Positions 44,512 through 54,869 of a DNA stretch of 64,000 nucleotides are shown here, in pieces. Source of the DNA: Candidatus Latescibacterota bacterium (GTDB taxonomy: Bacteria; Latescibacterota; UBA2968; GCA-2709665); contig OZ252100.1 of NCBI GenBank assembly GCA_965248435.1, positions 2,336,001 through 2,400,000 on the forward strand. Direction: 5' to 3'. Position 1 is the first letter of the stretch. Each line of letters starts with the position of its first letter. The translations under genes and the position numbers were made by a program. The notes below the pieces were generated by a model. It was not told where the DNA came from and ran no database searches. It saw only the letters and a list, made by a program, of their open reading frames with translations.

Positions 44512-46953
44512 CTACAATAGCGATGTAGGATCCATATCGATATCCAGCGTCACCGCGGAACGCCGATGACCCTTCCGGTCTCCGAACCGGGCCCGCGCAT
44601 CCCGCGCGGTGGCGTTCAGTTTCGCGGGAGATGCAGACTGGAGCATCATCTGCCATCGGAAATACCCTCTGATGCGACCGATGGGGGCCTGCACTGGGCC
44701 CAGAATGCGGACGGAAGGAGGGAGATGCGGTCGCAGTCTCATCTCGCATCGCTCTGCCGACTGAACGACCTCGTCCTCATCTCTTCCTCGGAAGAGGAGC
44801 AGCGCAAGCCGGCCGAACGGGGGATACCCCAGTCCTTTCCTCACCTCGAGCTCACGACTCGCAAAGCTCAGAAAATCGTGCCTCCGCGCGAAGCCTAGGG
44901 CTTCGCCATCCGGCAGATAGGTTTGAACGACGACCTCTCCAGGAACTTCCCCTCTGCCTGCACGCCCGCTCACCTGAACGAGCAGCTGAAACGTGCGCTC
45001 ACCTGCTCGAAAATCGGGCAGATGGATCGCGGTATCCCCGGAAATCACACCCACCAGCGTGACTCCCGGGAAGTCCAATCCCTTCGCCACCATTTGTGTA
45101 CCCAGCAGGATATCGGCTTCGCCCCTGCGGAACGACTCCAGGATCTGATCGTGCGCCCCTTTGCCCCGAGTGGTATCCACATCCATCCGAAGCACGCTCG
45201 CATCTGGAAACTGTTGCTTAAGAGTTTCTTCCACGCGCTGGGTGCCAACCCCGTACCGCTCGAGTTTCGCTCCCCCGCACGATGGGCAGACGTCCGGCGC
45301 CCCCGACGTGCTGCCGCAATAGTGGCAAACCAGTCTCCTGCCCTCTGCGTGATAGGTCATCGTGACCTGACACGCCCTGCACTCGATTGCCTTACCGCAG
45401 CCTGCGCATTGCACGTAAGGTGAATAACCTCTCCGATTCTGGAGGAGGATAATCCGCTCTCCCTTACCCAGCCGGTCCAGCATCTTTTCCCTCAGGATGC
45501 GCGAGATGACCTGACCTTGCTCCTCCTTGAGATCGACGAGCGTAACTTCGGGAAGCGGCCGCGCGTCCACGCGCTCCGGAAGGACCAGGAGGTTGAACTT
45601 GTCCGTTCCAGCATTGTGGAACGACTCCAGCGATGGGGTTGCCGACCCGAGGACAACGCACGCCTCTTCCATCCGGCCTCTCATCACCGCCACGTCTCTT
45701 GCGTGGTAGCGCGGGCTTGGATCTGTCTGCTTATAGGAAGCATCGTGCTCTTCGTCCACCACGATCAACCCCAGGTTCCGCACAGGTGCGAATACGGCGG
45801 AGCGTGCGCCCACGACGATGGGGCGATTCCCGCGGAGCACCTCTCTCCACGCATCGTAGCGTTCTCCCTCGGAAAGACCGCTGTGCACGACCGCAACGAG
45901 GTCGCCGAAACGCACCTTGAAATGGCGCACCGTCTGGGGTGTCAGGGAAATCTCCGGCACGAGCACCAGCACTCCGCGATCCTGCTCCAGCGCGCGGGCG
46001 ACCGCTTCCAGATAGACCCGTGTCTTGCCGCTCCCTGTAACTCCATAGAGGAGATGGCATCCATACACGCTGGCATCCAGGTTCTGACGGATGCCGTCGA
46101 GGGCCTCTGATTGAGACAGGGTCAGTGCACCTTCCTCTTGCGGTGTCGGGTCCAGGTTCGCGTATGGATCCCTCACGACCTCCTGATAGTCAAGACGCAC
46201 GAGTTTTCTCTCAGCGAGGGCCCTCACGATCCCTGAATCGATTCCGCTATCCCGAAGCTCCGAAGACCGGAGCCGCCCCCCGGAGGACCAGAGGCGACGG
46301 AGGCATTCTCCCTGCCTCGGTGCGCGCTTTTCGATGCCCGGGAGTTCCAGCTCCATCCACTTCGAGTCCTGGGGAACCAGTTCAACAACGCGCTCCCGTT
46401 TGGGTCTGACCCTCGGATCACGCATCTCCTGATACGTCGTGAGCACGCCTCGCCTGACCAGGCCCGCGACGGCACCCCGGATATCTCGATTCCCGAGGCG
46501 GCGTTCGATTTGTCGAAGGGTGGCCGAGCCTTTGGCCTGCATCTGCTCCAGAACAGCACGTTGTGGAGGCGTTAACAAATCCTCCTCCACCTCCACCGTG
46601 TCGTCGAGCGCGACGCGCTGCCCGCTCACCGTATGAATCCCTGCCGGAAGGGCCGCCTTGATTACGGACGAAAGAGAACAGACATAATACCCCGCGATCC
46701 ATCGGCAAAGCTCCAACAAACGCTCCGAAAGAACCGGATAGGGGTCCAGAAGGAGGCCCACCGATTTGATACCCTCTAACTCGCATCGATCTGTTTGGCG
46801 CACGACGATCCCTGTCGTCCACCGCAGCCCGAGAGGAATGAGCACCCGGCTGCCGACTTGGACGCAATCCGCCAGATCCTCGGGTAGCTCGTATGTCATT
46901 TCGCGATCGATGCGGGCACCGAGCGGTAGAACATCTACAAAGGGTAAGGGCAT
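44512..46953 (-). CDS. priA: Primosomal protein N'
   Basis: GVTGSGKT, LVPEISLTPQ, DEEHD.SYKQ, NRRGY, four CxxC pairs and GTQMVAKGLDFP. Confidence 0.97.
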   Translation of the reverse strand: MPLPFVDVLPLGARIDREMTYELPEDLADCVQVGSRVLIPLGLRWTTGIVVRQTDRCELEGIKSVGLLLDPYPVLSERLLELCRWIAGYYVCSLSSVIKAALPAGIHTVSGQRVALDDTVEVEEDLLTPPQRAVLEQMQAKGSATLRQIERRLGNRDIRGAVAGLVRRGVLTTYQEMRDPRVRPKRERVVELVPQDSKWMELELPGIEKRAPRQGECLRRLWSSGGRLRSSELRDSGIDSGIVRALAERKLVRLDYQEVVRDPYANLDPTPQEEGALTLSQSEALDGIRQNLDASVYGCHLLYGVTGSGKTRVYLEAVARALEQDRGVLVLVPEISLTPQTVRHFKVRFGDLVAVVHSGLSEGERYDAWREVLRGNRPIVVGARSAVFAPVRNLGLIVVDEEHDASYKQTDPSPRYHARDVAVMRGRMEEACVVLGSATPSLESFHNAGTDKFNLLVLPERVDARPLPEVTLVDLKEEQGQVISRILREKMLDRLGKGERIILLQNRRGYSPYVQCAGCGKAIECRACQVTMTYHAEGRRLVCHYCGSTSGAPDVCPSCGGAKLERYGVGTQRVEETLKQQFPDASVLRMDVDTTRGKGAHDQILESFRRGEADILLGTQMVAKGLDFPGVTLVGVISGDTAIHLPDFRAGERTFQLLVQVSGRAGRGEVPGEVVVQTYLPDGEALGFARRHDFLSFASRELEVRKGLGYPPFGRLALLLFRGRDEDEVVQSAERCEMRLRPHLPPSVRILGPVQAPIGRIRGYFRWQMMLQSASPAKLNATARDARARFGDRKGHRRSAVTLDIDMDPTSLL

Positions 46954-46957
46954 CCGG

Positions 46958-47824
46958 TCAGAGATTTTCGGATGGGTTGGGGGGTGTGGAGGTGGAAGGC
47001 AGAACTTCTTCCACCCAGACGCTCTTTCTTGAAATCTGGAGGCGGAGCTTGTGGCCAGGTCTTCCGATCTGTTTCAAACGATGGCCCTGAAGTGAAAACC
47101 TCAGGGCATCGGCCTCCCCGACTTCGATGCGGAACCGATTAAGAGCCGACCACGAGCGCGTGTCCCCTGCAGGCAGCATTCCCTCAAAGACGACCCTGTC
47201 GTCGGCGAGCACCAATGCGCTCGTCCGACTCAGGGCCTCCACGCCCAGGTTCAACGCGGTGTCCTCGAGATTGGTGGGAATATCTGTTGAAAAAGAATAG
47301 GCAGAAACGACCCGGTCTCGAGGAACGGTGTGGGGCTCCGATCTGGATCGAGGGCTGGAGAGAGACGGCGAGCTTTTACCCGATACATCTGCCGCATCCC
47401 GAGTAGCGATTTCTTCATCCAAAAGGGCATGTCGACGCGGCCAGAGCTCCCCGCCCTTGAGGGCGATTCCACCGATGCCGGCCGCAACGACGATTCCGGC
47501 GATCACTGCAAGGACCCGCGAGATTCGGCGGCCCTTTTCTTTCGTTGAAGCCGGGACAGGGTCAGGACTCGGAGGAGGTGGGGACAGGTAGGCTTCGTAG
47601 CGGGAAAGGATCTCTCCGGTAGAGAGGCCGATTTCTTGAGCGTACTTCTTCAGAAACAGTCGGACATACGCCTCGGGCAGAACCTTGAAGTTCCCGGACT
47701 CGAGGGCCTCCAGAAAGCTGCGATTGATGCGTGTCCGTTTAAACAGATCTTCGAGAGATAGGCCGGACTTCTCTCGGAGCGCCTTGAGCTCTACCGAAAA
47801 ATCACCCGGCTTGGATTTCGACAA
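46958..47824 (-). CDS. RodZ-like protein (HTH, TM helix, DUF4115)
   Basis: N-terminal HTH (LRE..GLSLE....TRI....LEALE.G.F..LP..YVR.FL..YA), a single TM helix and a C-terminal beta domain. Confidence 0.85.
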   Translation of the reverse strand: MSKSKPGDFSVELKALREKSGLSLEDLFKRTRINRSFLEALESGNFKVLPEAYVRLFLKKYAQEIGLSTGEILSRYEAYLSPPPPSPDPVPASTKEKGRRISRVLAVIAGIVVAAGIGGIALKGGELWPRRHALLDEEIATRDAADVSGKSSPSLSSPRSRSEPHTVPRDRVVSAYSFSTDIPTNLEDTALNLGVEALSRTSALVLADDRVVFEGMLPAGDTRSWSALNRFRIEVGEADALRFSLQGHRLKQIGRPGHKLRLQISRKSVWVEEVLPSTSTPPNPSENL

Positions 47825-47924
47825 CGGAACGCCCCTTCATCGTTCAGCCTCCCGGAAAACACAAAGCCCGTCCTCTTGAGATCTTTGGCCAGATCTCTGT
47901 TTCCAGAGGACACGCAGACAGCTC

Positions 47925-48548
47925 CTAAAACCTCGCTGATCCGGGACCGGGAGCATCTCCAGGAATCAATGACCAGGGGGACTGCCCGAGACGTTCCTCC
48001 AGGAGGCCCCAAAGACACGCCAGCGGGAGTCCCACTACATTATAAAAACATCCTGAGACCGATTCGACAAACATCCCCGCGACTCCCTGCGCCGCGTAGG
48101 CACCCGCCTTGTCCATCGACTCCCCGACGGCAAGGTAGCGGTCTATGTCTTCGTCTGAAAGTCGCCGGAGGGAAACGTCGGTGACGGCAACGTCCTCGCT
48201 GGAACGGTCCCGACCCGATTCGATCAACGTCATCCCGGTGTAAACACGGTGTCCGCGTCCGGAAAGCTTCCTCAGCATACGAGCCGCGTCTTCCTGGTTG
48301 GCTGGTTTTTCAAGGACTTCACCGTCTACCACGACGATCGTATCGGCCCCGAGTACGAGTTCACCCTCAAAACCGGTGGCCACGGCCTCGGATTTTCTCC
48401 GCGAAACCTCCAGGACCCGTTCCTCCGGCGTTAGAGCCGAATCCACGGATTCTGAAGCGTGACTGGGAACGGCGCGGAATGGCATTCCCACCATCCTCAA
48501 AAGGGCAGCCCTCCTGGGAGACGCGGAGGCGAGGATCAATCGATTCAT
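47925..48548 (-). CDS. maf: Maf family nucleoside triphosphate pyrophosphatase
   Basis: LILASASPRR, GADTIV, KP, DKAGAY and NVVGLP. Confidence 0.95.
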   Translation of the reverse strand: MNRLILASASPRRAALLRMVGMPFRAVPSHASESVDSALTPEERVLEVSRRKSEAVATGFEGELVLGADTIVVVDGEVLEKPANQEDAARMLRKLSGRGHRVYTGMTLIESGRDRSSEDVAVTDVSLRRLSDEDIDRYLAVGESMDKAGAYAAQGVAGMFVESVSGCFYNVVGLPLACLWGLLEERLGQSPWSLIPGDAPGPGSARF

Positions 48549-48988
48549 CCGGGGCTTTCCAACATAAGAGTGACGGGTCCATCATTACAGAGCTCGACTT
48601 CCATGTGGGCCCCGAACTCCCCTGTCTTTACCGGGACGCCCAGCCCTCGCAGAACTTCAACGAACTTCTCATAATACGTCCGCGCAATCTCGGGATCGGC
48701 GGCATCCACGAAGCTCGGCCTGCGACCCTTCCTCGTGTCCCCGTAGAGCGTGAACTGAGAGACGACCATGGCCTCTCCGCCGACCTCCATAAGGGACCGA
48801 TTCATCTTCCCGTGCTCGTCTTCGAAAATCCTGAGATGGGCGCATTTGTCCGCGAGGAACCGAACATCGTCTGCCGTGTCCTCGCTCCCGACCCCGAGCA
48901 GGATCAAGAGGCCCTTCCCGATCTGGACCCGTTCAAACCCCTCGGCTTCCACGGCGGAACGGCTGACCCTCTGAACAAGCGCCCGCAA
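48545..48988 (-). CDS. dtd: D-aminoacyl-tRNA deacylase
   Basis: RALVQRV, SQFTL, KGRRPSF, FGAHM and NDGPVT. Start placed at the TTG at 48988. Confidence 0.96.
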   Translation of the reverse strand: MRALVQRVSRSAVEAEGFERVQIGKGLLILLGVGSEDTADDVRFLADKCAHLRIFEDEHGKMNRSLMEVGGEAMVVSQFTLYGDTRKGRRPSFVDAADPEIARTYYEKFVEVLRGLGVPVKTGEFGAHMEVELCNDGPVTLMLESPG

Positions 48989-49042
48989 GTTGCCCCTTTC
49001 TTGATGCGATTTTGGCCCATCCAAATTTGGATAATGTGCTTT

Positions 49043-49071
49043 AATTTATCCTATTTAGGACACTTACGCAA
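49043..49071 (-). promoter_or_regulatory. sigma70-type promoter for dtd-maf
   Basis: Minus strand TTGCGT-N17-TAAATT. Confidence 0.5.
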
Positions 49072-49106
49072 GGTTTATCAAGGCGAGAGGACACGCCCCG
49101 CTTCGG

Positions 49107-51437
49107 CTAGACCCCGTAGCCACCCTCCCGGTACTCCCATTTGATCTGAGGGATCCCCTTGATGTTGATTCGGAAGTAAAATCCACGGTTGAACCCCGTG
49201 GGGTACCACGAAAATCGGGCCTCCCAGCAGTGCAGGTCCCGATACACCGACATGTTCTGGGCTGTCAGATCGCGCCTCTCGATATCGTAGTTGATTCCGT
49301 AATTGATCCGCCACGCCCGCGTGGGATTGAACCCGAGGTCGGCCTTCACCCAGGACCGCGTCACACTCGACGCCCCCTTACTGACGCTGTAATAGTGGGT
49401 GAGGTTGGCCTGCCACGGATTCGTGACATCTCCAACGCCCTCGTAAAGGTCTCGCTCAAAACCGAAGTCCGGCGACGCGGTCGAAATCGGCGGGGGCCCG
49501 TCCACCTCTGTATCGCGTGTGTCGCGAACGCCTCGAAATCGGAAGTTTGAAGTAACGGATAGGTTCTGCAGACGAGGGCTGAGTATCGACAGACGATCCT
49601 GATCATCGTAAAAGTTGTGTGTCATCGACAGCCGAACATCCACCCGACGGTCCGGTTTGATCGAGGCCGTCGTGCGCAGCAGCTCCCACTTTCGTACGGA
49701 AACGTCGAACTGATAGCCCGTGGAAAAGTTCATGGTCGCAAATGTGGACCGCCGCTCTTTGCCTTCTTCGTCCGTCTTGATTTCGAGCGAATTGCCCAGA
49801 CCCATTCCAAGACTCCGTCTCGGATCACCGGCGGACCGATTTCCCCCGAACCCGAAGGTGCCCCCATCCACGGCTGCGGACTGACTGTATCGAAAATCGA
49901 CTCGCGGCTGCAGACGGTGCCGGACCCCGCGAAGCCGGCCGACGTGAGGCCCAAAGATGCCGTAGAGCGTCGTTCTCGTGGAAAGGTTCGCGGTATAGGT
50001 CTCTCTTCGAGTCGGTCGGTCCTGATCGTTTCTGGACAGCTGCTGCGAAGTGGAAAACGAAGGGGAAACATCCACGATGTCGAAGGCCCGGTGCTGGCTG
50101 TTCAGCGAGAACCGCCCTCTCAGACCAAGGTCCTCGGTATCCTGGGCATCATCCGGTCCTCGGGTGAAATCGTTGTCCAACTCTCCGGAAAAGTTGTAAA
50201 AGATCGAATGGTACCACGAGCGAGGCAGGGTGGACGAACGGTCCCGATCTCCCCATAGGGGCCGCCTTCCCTGGCGAAACGAGAGTCGCGGGAACCCCTG
50301 AAAACTGTTCCGCTTCTCGACAAGGTCTCGGTAGAAGGTTGTGCTCGCGTCCAGGCTTCGTCCCGACTCTGTCCATTTTTTGTCCAGGGAGAGACTCGAC
50401 CTGAGCTGCCGGTTAAGCGCCCGATAAAGGTCATTGCTGTTGCGCTGCTCGAAGCTGGCGCTGCTGAATGACCCATTGCCTCGCAAGTTGAGCGTGGGAC
50501 TCAGGCGCTGTTGGTGCCTCACGTTCAGCCGCCAGTTTCGAGACCCCGTTCGGTTCTCGAAAGAGAGGGCCGCCGCCCCGTTGATGCGCTGTCTCACATT
50601 GTAGGCAAAATCGGTGTCGATCAGGAAGCCGCCCGTTTCTCTGAAGGTCGTTTGGACCGTGGCATCCCAATAGTCGCTCGGCGCGAAATAGTAGCCGAGG
50701 TTGCTGACAAAGAACCCGTCCCTGCTGTTGCTGCCCACGTTCGGCGTCAGCACGCCGGACTGTCGTCCCGCCGTCTTCGTCGGAAACACAAAGAACGGCA
50801 GCCAGGCAACCGGCACCGGCCCGATGCGGAACGTCACGGACCGCCCGATGGCCTTTTCGTCTTGCAGCACCTTCACATTTCTACACAGAAAGTCGTAATG
50901 CACGTGGTCCCTGTTGCACGTGGAAATGGACAGATTCCTGGCGTGCAGCTCCCTATCTGGGTCGAGCAGGATATTCTCCCCCTGATAATACTTACCCAGA
51001 TAGGCAGCTCGGCCCCCGCTCACCTTTCCGCGTCCCCTCTCGAGGTCGTAGACCAGGCGGGTCCCGGAAAATCGTTCCCCACCCTGGATCAAGACGGGCG
51101 GGTCGATGCGTTTCTTTCCGGTCGAGTCCGGGAGCGCTTCAGCCGTCAATGTCTGCGCCTCTTTGTCCAGCTCGATCCATCCCGCTCTCAACTCCGTTCC
51201 CCGGTACCGAAGCACCGCGCGGCCCTCCAGGATCACGCGTCCACCGGCAAGGTCGTCGATGACCCGATCCGCCTCATACTCGTAAAGGGCAGAATCGGAC
51301 CGCGCTGGAACGGCCGGTTTGACCTGTGCACGGGGATGCGGCACGGCGCAGAAACAGATGATTATGATGATCATAATGTAAAGGAACGAGACGACCCTTC
51401 GGCCGAGGCTTCCTTGTGTTTTATTTGAATAATTCAT
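49107..51437 (-). CDS. LPS-assembly protein LptD-like
   Basis: Signal peptide, OstA-like N-terminus (STC....HY), RQSG.L.P and a beta-barrel C-terminus with RDLHCW. Confidence 0.85.
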   Translation of the reverse strand: MNYSNKTQGSLGRRVVSFLYIMIIIIICFCAVPHPRAQVKPAVPARSDSALYEYEADRVIDDLAGGRVILEGRAVLRYRGTELRAGWIELDKEAQTLTAEALPDSTGKKRIDPPVLIQGGERFSGTRLVYDLERGRGKVSGGRAAYLGKYYQGENILLDPDRELHARNLSISTCNRDHVHYDFLCRNVKVLQDEKAIGRSVTFRIGPVPVAWLPFFVFPTKTAGRQSGVLTPNVGSNSRDGFFVSNLGYYFAPSDYWDATVQTTFRETGGFLIDTDFAYNVRQRINGAAALSFENRTGSRNWRLNVRHQQRLSPTLNLRGNGSFSSASFEQRNSNDLYRALNRQLRSSLSLDKKWTESGRSLDASTTFYRDLVEKRNSFQGFPRLSFRQGRRPLWGDRDRSSTLPRSWYHSIFYNFSGELDNDFTRGPDDAQDTEDLGLRGRFSLNSQHRAFDIVDVSPSFSTSQQLSRNDQDRPTRRETYTANLSTRTTLYGIFGPHVGRLRGVRHRLQPRVDFRYSQSAAVDGGTFGFGGNRSAGDPRRSLGMGLGNSLEIKTDEEGKERRSTFATMNFSTGYQFDVSVRKWELLRTTASIKPDRRVDVRLSMTHNFYDDQDRLSILSPRLQNLSVTSNFRFRGVRDTRDTEVDGPPPISTASPDFGFERDLYEGVGDVTNPWQANLTHYYSVSKGASSVTRSWVKADLGFNPTRAWRINYGINYDIERRDLTAQNMSVYRDLHCWEARFSWYPTGFNRGFYFRINIKGIPQIKWEYREGGYGV

Positions 51438-51483
51438 ACCTTAGTCGGAATTACCTCACTCAAATCGCTGAAAGGACAGACAT

Positions 51484-52554
51484 TTGGCCGCCATTGAAAT
51501 CATCGACAGAGGCTGGATCGACAGACGCGACTCCTCGTTTCCACAGGCCGTGCTGCTTCCGAATGACGATATCCTTTGCTCGTTCAACGTTGGAGGTACT
51601 GGTTTTGCCACAGGCGGCTCAGACTGGGCCCGTTCCACCGACGGCGGATCAACCTGGACCGTCGAGGGGACCATCCTTCCTATGGGGACCGATCCATTCA
51701 GTTCGAGTCTCCTGAAGCTTTCGGGCGCTCCCGATGGAAGCGTGATCTACGCCTACGGATCACGGTCCTACCGACGACCGGACCAGCGCTTCGAGGACGG
51801 GGCTCACACCGAACCGGTGCTCTGTCGCTCGATGGACGGAGGGCGCACGTGGTCCGACCCGCAGGTCATTCCCGTACCCGTGGACTGCCCGCTCGAGATC
51901 TCTCACGGCCTCCTTCCCCTTTCCTCCGGCAGGCTCCTTTGCCCGGCAGCGACGCTGCCTGGAAAGGATCGCCTGGGCGAGCAGGTGATCGTCACCATAT
52001 CGGACGACGGCGGTCACTCCTGGCCCCAGCACGCCGTCGTTTTTCAGGACCCTCAGGAACGCTTCGGGTATTTCGAGCAGAAGTTCGCCGAAATCGCCCC
52101 CGGTCGCTTGATGGCCGTATGCTGGACCGTCACACTGAAAGAACTGGAAGACCAGCCGGACAGCTTCGCCATCTCCGACGACGGCGGATCCACCTGGGGA
52201 CCAGCTTTCTCCACCGGAATCTACGGCCAGACCATGACCCCGATCCCTCTTGGAGGCGACCGCCTCCTTGTACTCTACAACCGGCGATACGGAGAGCAGG
52301 CCATTGTCGCTGCCCTTGTCACCTTTTCGGATCAGGACTGGACGGTCCATCTCGAAGACATCCTCTACGATGCAGGGGGCGACCACAAACGACCTGAGGC
52401 CGGGCTCGACACGTCCTTGGACGAACTGCACGATTTCGCCTTCGGTTTTCCGACGGCGATCCGACTGAAAGACGACACTTTTCTGGCCACACATTGGTGC
52501 AAGGAAGAGGGGCGCTTCGGAATTCGATGGACAAAGCTTCGTCTCGACTGGTAA
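51484..52554 (+). CDS. Sialidase/BNR-repeat family protein
   Basis: Asp boxes RSTDGGSTW, RSMDGGRTW, ISDDGGHSW and ISDDGGSTW, plus FGFP near the C-terminus. Confidence 0.85.
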   Translation: MAAIEIIDRGWIDRRDSSFPQAVLLPNDDILCSFNVGGTGFATGGSDWARSTDGGSTWTVEGTILPMGTDPFSSSLLKLSGAPDGSVIYAYGSRSYRRPDQRFEDGAHTEPVLCRSMDGGRTWSDPQVIPVPVDCPLEISHGLLPLSSGRLLCPAATLPGKDRLGEQVIVTISDDGGHSWPQHAVVFQDPQERFGYFEQKFAEIAPGRLMAVCWTVTLKELEDQPDSFAISDDGGSTWGPAFSTGIYGQTMTPIPLGGDRLLVLYNRRYGEQAIVAALVTFSDQDWTVHLEDILYDAGGDHKRPEAGLDTSLDELHDFAFGFPTAIRLKDDTFLATHWCKEEGRFGIRWTKLRLDW

Positions 52555-52590
52555 GTCCTCCCCGTCCCCATCTTAGAAAAGAAAATAGGC

Positions 52591-54039
52591 ATGAGAAATC
52601 CACCTGAAGCGCTGAAGATCGAATTCTTCGAGGGTCTGCCGGAAAATGACGTGAGCCGTGTCCTCGATCTCGCGACACAGAGATCATACTCAGACGGCCA
52701 GGTCATCATCGCCGAGGGAGAAGAGGGCGACACCCTCTTCATCGTCGCATCCGGGCGGGTCAGCGTCGAAAAGGCGACCATCGACCGAAAGCTGGAGACA
52801 CTCACAACGCTGGGACCGGGAGAGTGCTTCGGTGAGCTCGCGCTCGTCGATCGCCAGCCCAGGAGTGCGACCATAAGGGCGATCGGTCAGGCCGAGGTTT
52901 ACCGAATCACCCTGGCCGACCTGAACGCCCTGTTCGCTCAGAACCCGGAAATCCAGTGCCGGCTCCTGCAGCGGTTGGTCTCCATCACCGCACAGCGGCT
53001 CCGCCTGGTCGATGAAACGCTCGTTCAGTCCATCTACGACACGATCATCACTATCGATCGGTCATTTGTTATCCTGCAGCGAAACCAGGTCACGAAGGAG
53101 CGCGGCCTTCTCGGAAGGATCGTTGCCGCCGACGAGGCGGTCGGCAAGGACCTCTTCCAGCTGGTACCGCACCTGGGAGAGGGCGTCCGGCGAAAACTCC
53201 TGCAGGTGATGAGTTCGAGGGAGATCGCCACGCTTCATCTGGACCATAAGGAAGACAAGGGGAACACAGTCTATCTGGAAATCACCGTCGCGCCGCGATT
53301 GGAAGACGGCCGGGTAGTGGGGGCCGTCCTGGGAATCCGCAACGTGACGGAGACAAAGAGCCTCGAGGTTCAGCTGATTCAGGCGGAAAAATTGGCGATG
53401 GCCGGCCGGATGGCCGCTGAAGTCGGGCACGAGTTGAACAACTATCTCGCCGTCATTTCAGGCCACACCGATATCCTCCTATCCTACGAGGACGTCCAGA
53501 AGATGGAGCCCGTTTCGAAGAGCCTGAAAGCCATCTCCGGTCAGATTCGCCGGATCGAAAGATTCACTGCCGGATTGATGGACATGGGCATGCTGCAGTC
53601 CAAAACGGAGGAGGCGAACCTCAACCCACTCATAGAGAAACTGATCGATTTTATCCAGGGCCAGAGCAGATTTCGCAGCACCGAGTTCGTGTTGAACCTG
53701 GATCGCGAAATCCCCACGCTCGAGATCGATCCCGGTCAGATTCAACAGGTCCTTTTGAACCTCTACGCCAACGCGGCAGACGCGATGGGTCACGGCCAGG
53801 TGACCACCGAAACTCGCCTGAACGGAAATGAGGTCATCGCGGAGGTCCGGGACGATGGTCCCGGGATGCCTGAAGAGGTCCGCAGCCGGATATTCGAGTC
53901 CGGATTCACCACCAAATCGACCGGACACGGCTTCGGACTTGCTCTCTGCCAGAGGGTCGTCCAGAACCACAACGGCTCTCTCGCCGTAGAGAGTAAGCCC
54001 GGGAAGGGTACCTGTTTTACCCTCACCTTCCAGGTGTAA
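52591..54039 (+). CDS. Cytoplasmic histidine kinase with an N-terminal cNMP-binding domain and a PAS-like linker
   Basis: cNMP motif GECFGELAL...PRSAT, H-box GHELNNYL, N-box NLYANAADAM, G1 DDGPGM and G2 GHGFGL. Confidence 0.92.
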   Translation: MRNPPEALKIEFFEGLPENDVSRVLDLATQRSYSDGQVIIAEGEEGDTLFIVASGRVSVEKATIDRKLETLTTLGPGECFGELALVDRQPRSATIRAIGQAEVYRITLADLNALFAQNPEIQCRLLQRLVSITAQRLRLVDETLVQSIYDTIITIDRSFVILQRNQVTKERGLLGRIVAADEAVGKDLFQLVPHLGEGVRRKLLQVMSSREIATLHLDHKEDKGNTVYLEITVAPRLEDGRVVGAVLGIRNVTETKSLEVQLIQAEKLAMAGRMAAEVGHELNNYLAVISGHTDILLSYEDVQKMEPVSKSLKAISGQIRRIERFTAGLMDMGMLQSKTEEANLNPLIEKLIDFIQGQSRFRSTEFVLNLDREIPTLEIDPGQIQQVLLNLYANAADAMGHGQVTTETRLNGNEVIAEVRDDGPGMPEEVRSRIFESGFTTKSTGHGFGLALCQRVVQNHNGSLAVESKPGKGTCFTLTFQV

Positions 54040-54228
54040 CCCCCCTTTACTCCTTCTATCGGCCGCATAAAGGCGGACGGCAGACGACGGACGGCAGACC
54101 GCCAGGTAGAGCACCGGTTGCTCGAGGCTTAAGCGGTCCGCGGTCCGTTGTCGTGCATAGCGGCTTTTCCAAACGTCCGCCTGGAAAAAATTTCCCGCCT
54201 CCCGGACTCAAAGCGCGTCTTTTTTCAA

Positions 54229-54263
54229 GGGACACAGGGTCACATTTGACCCTATTGTGTCCC
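54229..54263. promoter_or_regulatory. Dyad upstream of the sigma54 promoter (candidate activator binding site)
   Basis: GGGACACA-GGGTCA-CATT-TGACCC-TAT-TGTGTCCC imperfect palindrome, followed by an AT-rich tract. Confidence 0.5.
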
Positions 54264-54307
54264 TTATTTATTTAATAACAGTGTCTTATACCAAAATCTG
54301 CTCGGTC

Positions 54308-54323
54308 TGGCACGGCCGTTGCA
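54308..54323 (+). promoter_or_regulatory. sigma54 (-24/-12) promoter
   Basis: TGGCACGGCCGTTGCA, an exact TGGCACG-N4-TTGC match with GG-N10-GC spacing. Confidence 0.85.
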
Positions 54324-54365
54324 GAGGTGAATCGCATCGACTCGGAAAGGATCTTCTAAGTGAGT

Positions 54366-54506
54366 ATGAATACGACGTTTATGATTATCTCTCTGTTGGG
54401 CGGCCTGGGGTTTCTGGTCTTCATCAGCGTGGCCATTCTGAACAGGCTGGAGGAGCTCGGAATCAAGGCTAAAGGAAATTTGGGGCCTGCCGATATCTCC
54501 AAATAG
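54366..54506 (+). CDS. Small single-TM protein (46 aa)
   Basis: Hand translation MNTTFMIISLLGGLGFLVFISVAILNRLEELGIKAKGNLGPADISK*, directly downstream of the sigma54 promoter. Confidence 0.55.
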   Translation: MNTTFMIISLLGGLGFLVFISVAILNRLEELGIKAKGNLGPADISK

Positions 54507-54540
54507 GACCTGACCCGAAAAGCGAAAAGGCAATACCCCC

Positions 54541-54720
54541 ATGAGCAATCAAGATCGACAACTCGCAGTCCTCTACTGGCAGCTCCAGCGGAAGGTGCAC
54601 ACCAATCCGAGGGTGAGAAAGCACCTCTCTGCGCTCACACGACTCCTGAAGAAGCGCCAAATCCAACCCGCCGACTTGAATGAGGTGGGACTGGACCTCG
54701 TCGCTCAGGATCAGTTCTAA
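54541..54720 (+). CDS. Small basic helical protein (59 aa)
   Basis: Hand translation MSNQDRQLAVLYWQLQRKVHTNPRVRKHLSALTRLLKKRQIQPADLNEVGLDLVAQDQF*, followed by a terminator-like hairpin. Confidence 0.65.
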   Translation: MSNQDRQLAVLYWQLQRKVHTNPRVRKHLSALTRLLKKRQIQPADLNEVGLDLVAQDQF

Positions 54721-54751
54721 ACCTACCTCCTACATCTAAAATTCATCTCAA

Positions 54752-54786
54752 AGCGTCAGTGCAAGGCGGCTGACGCTGTTTTCTTG
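54752..54786 (+). terminator. Probable intrinsic terminator
   Basis: AGCGTCAG-N10-CTGACGCT followed by GTTTTCTT. Confidence 0.6.
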
Positions 54787-54869
54787 TACGCCCCCTCAGA
54801 TACTTTTTCACTTGCCTACTCCACTGTAATGAATTAAGTTACGTCCCTGAGGGGGAAGGGCCCGAGAGA

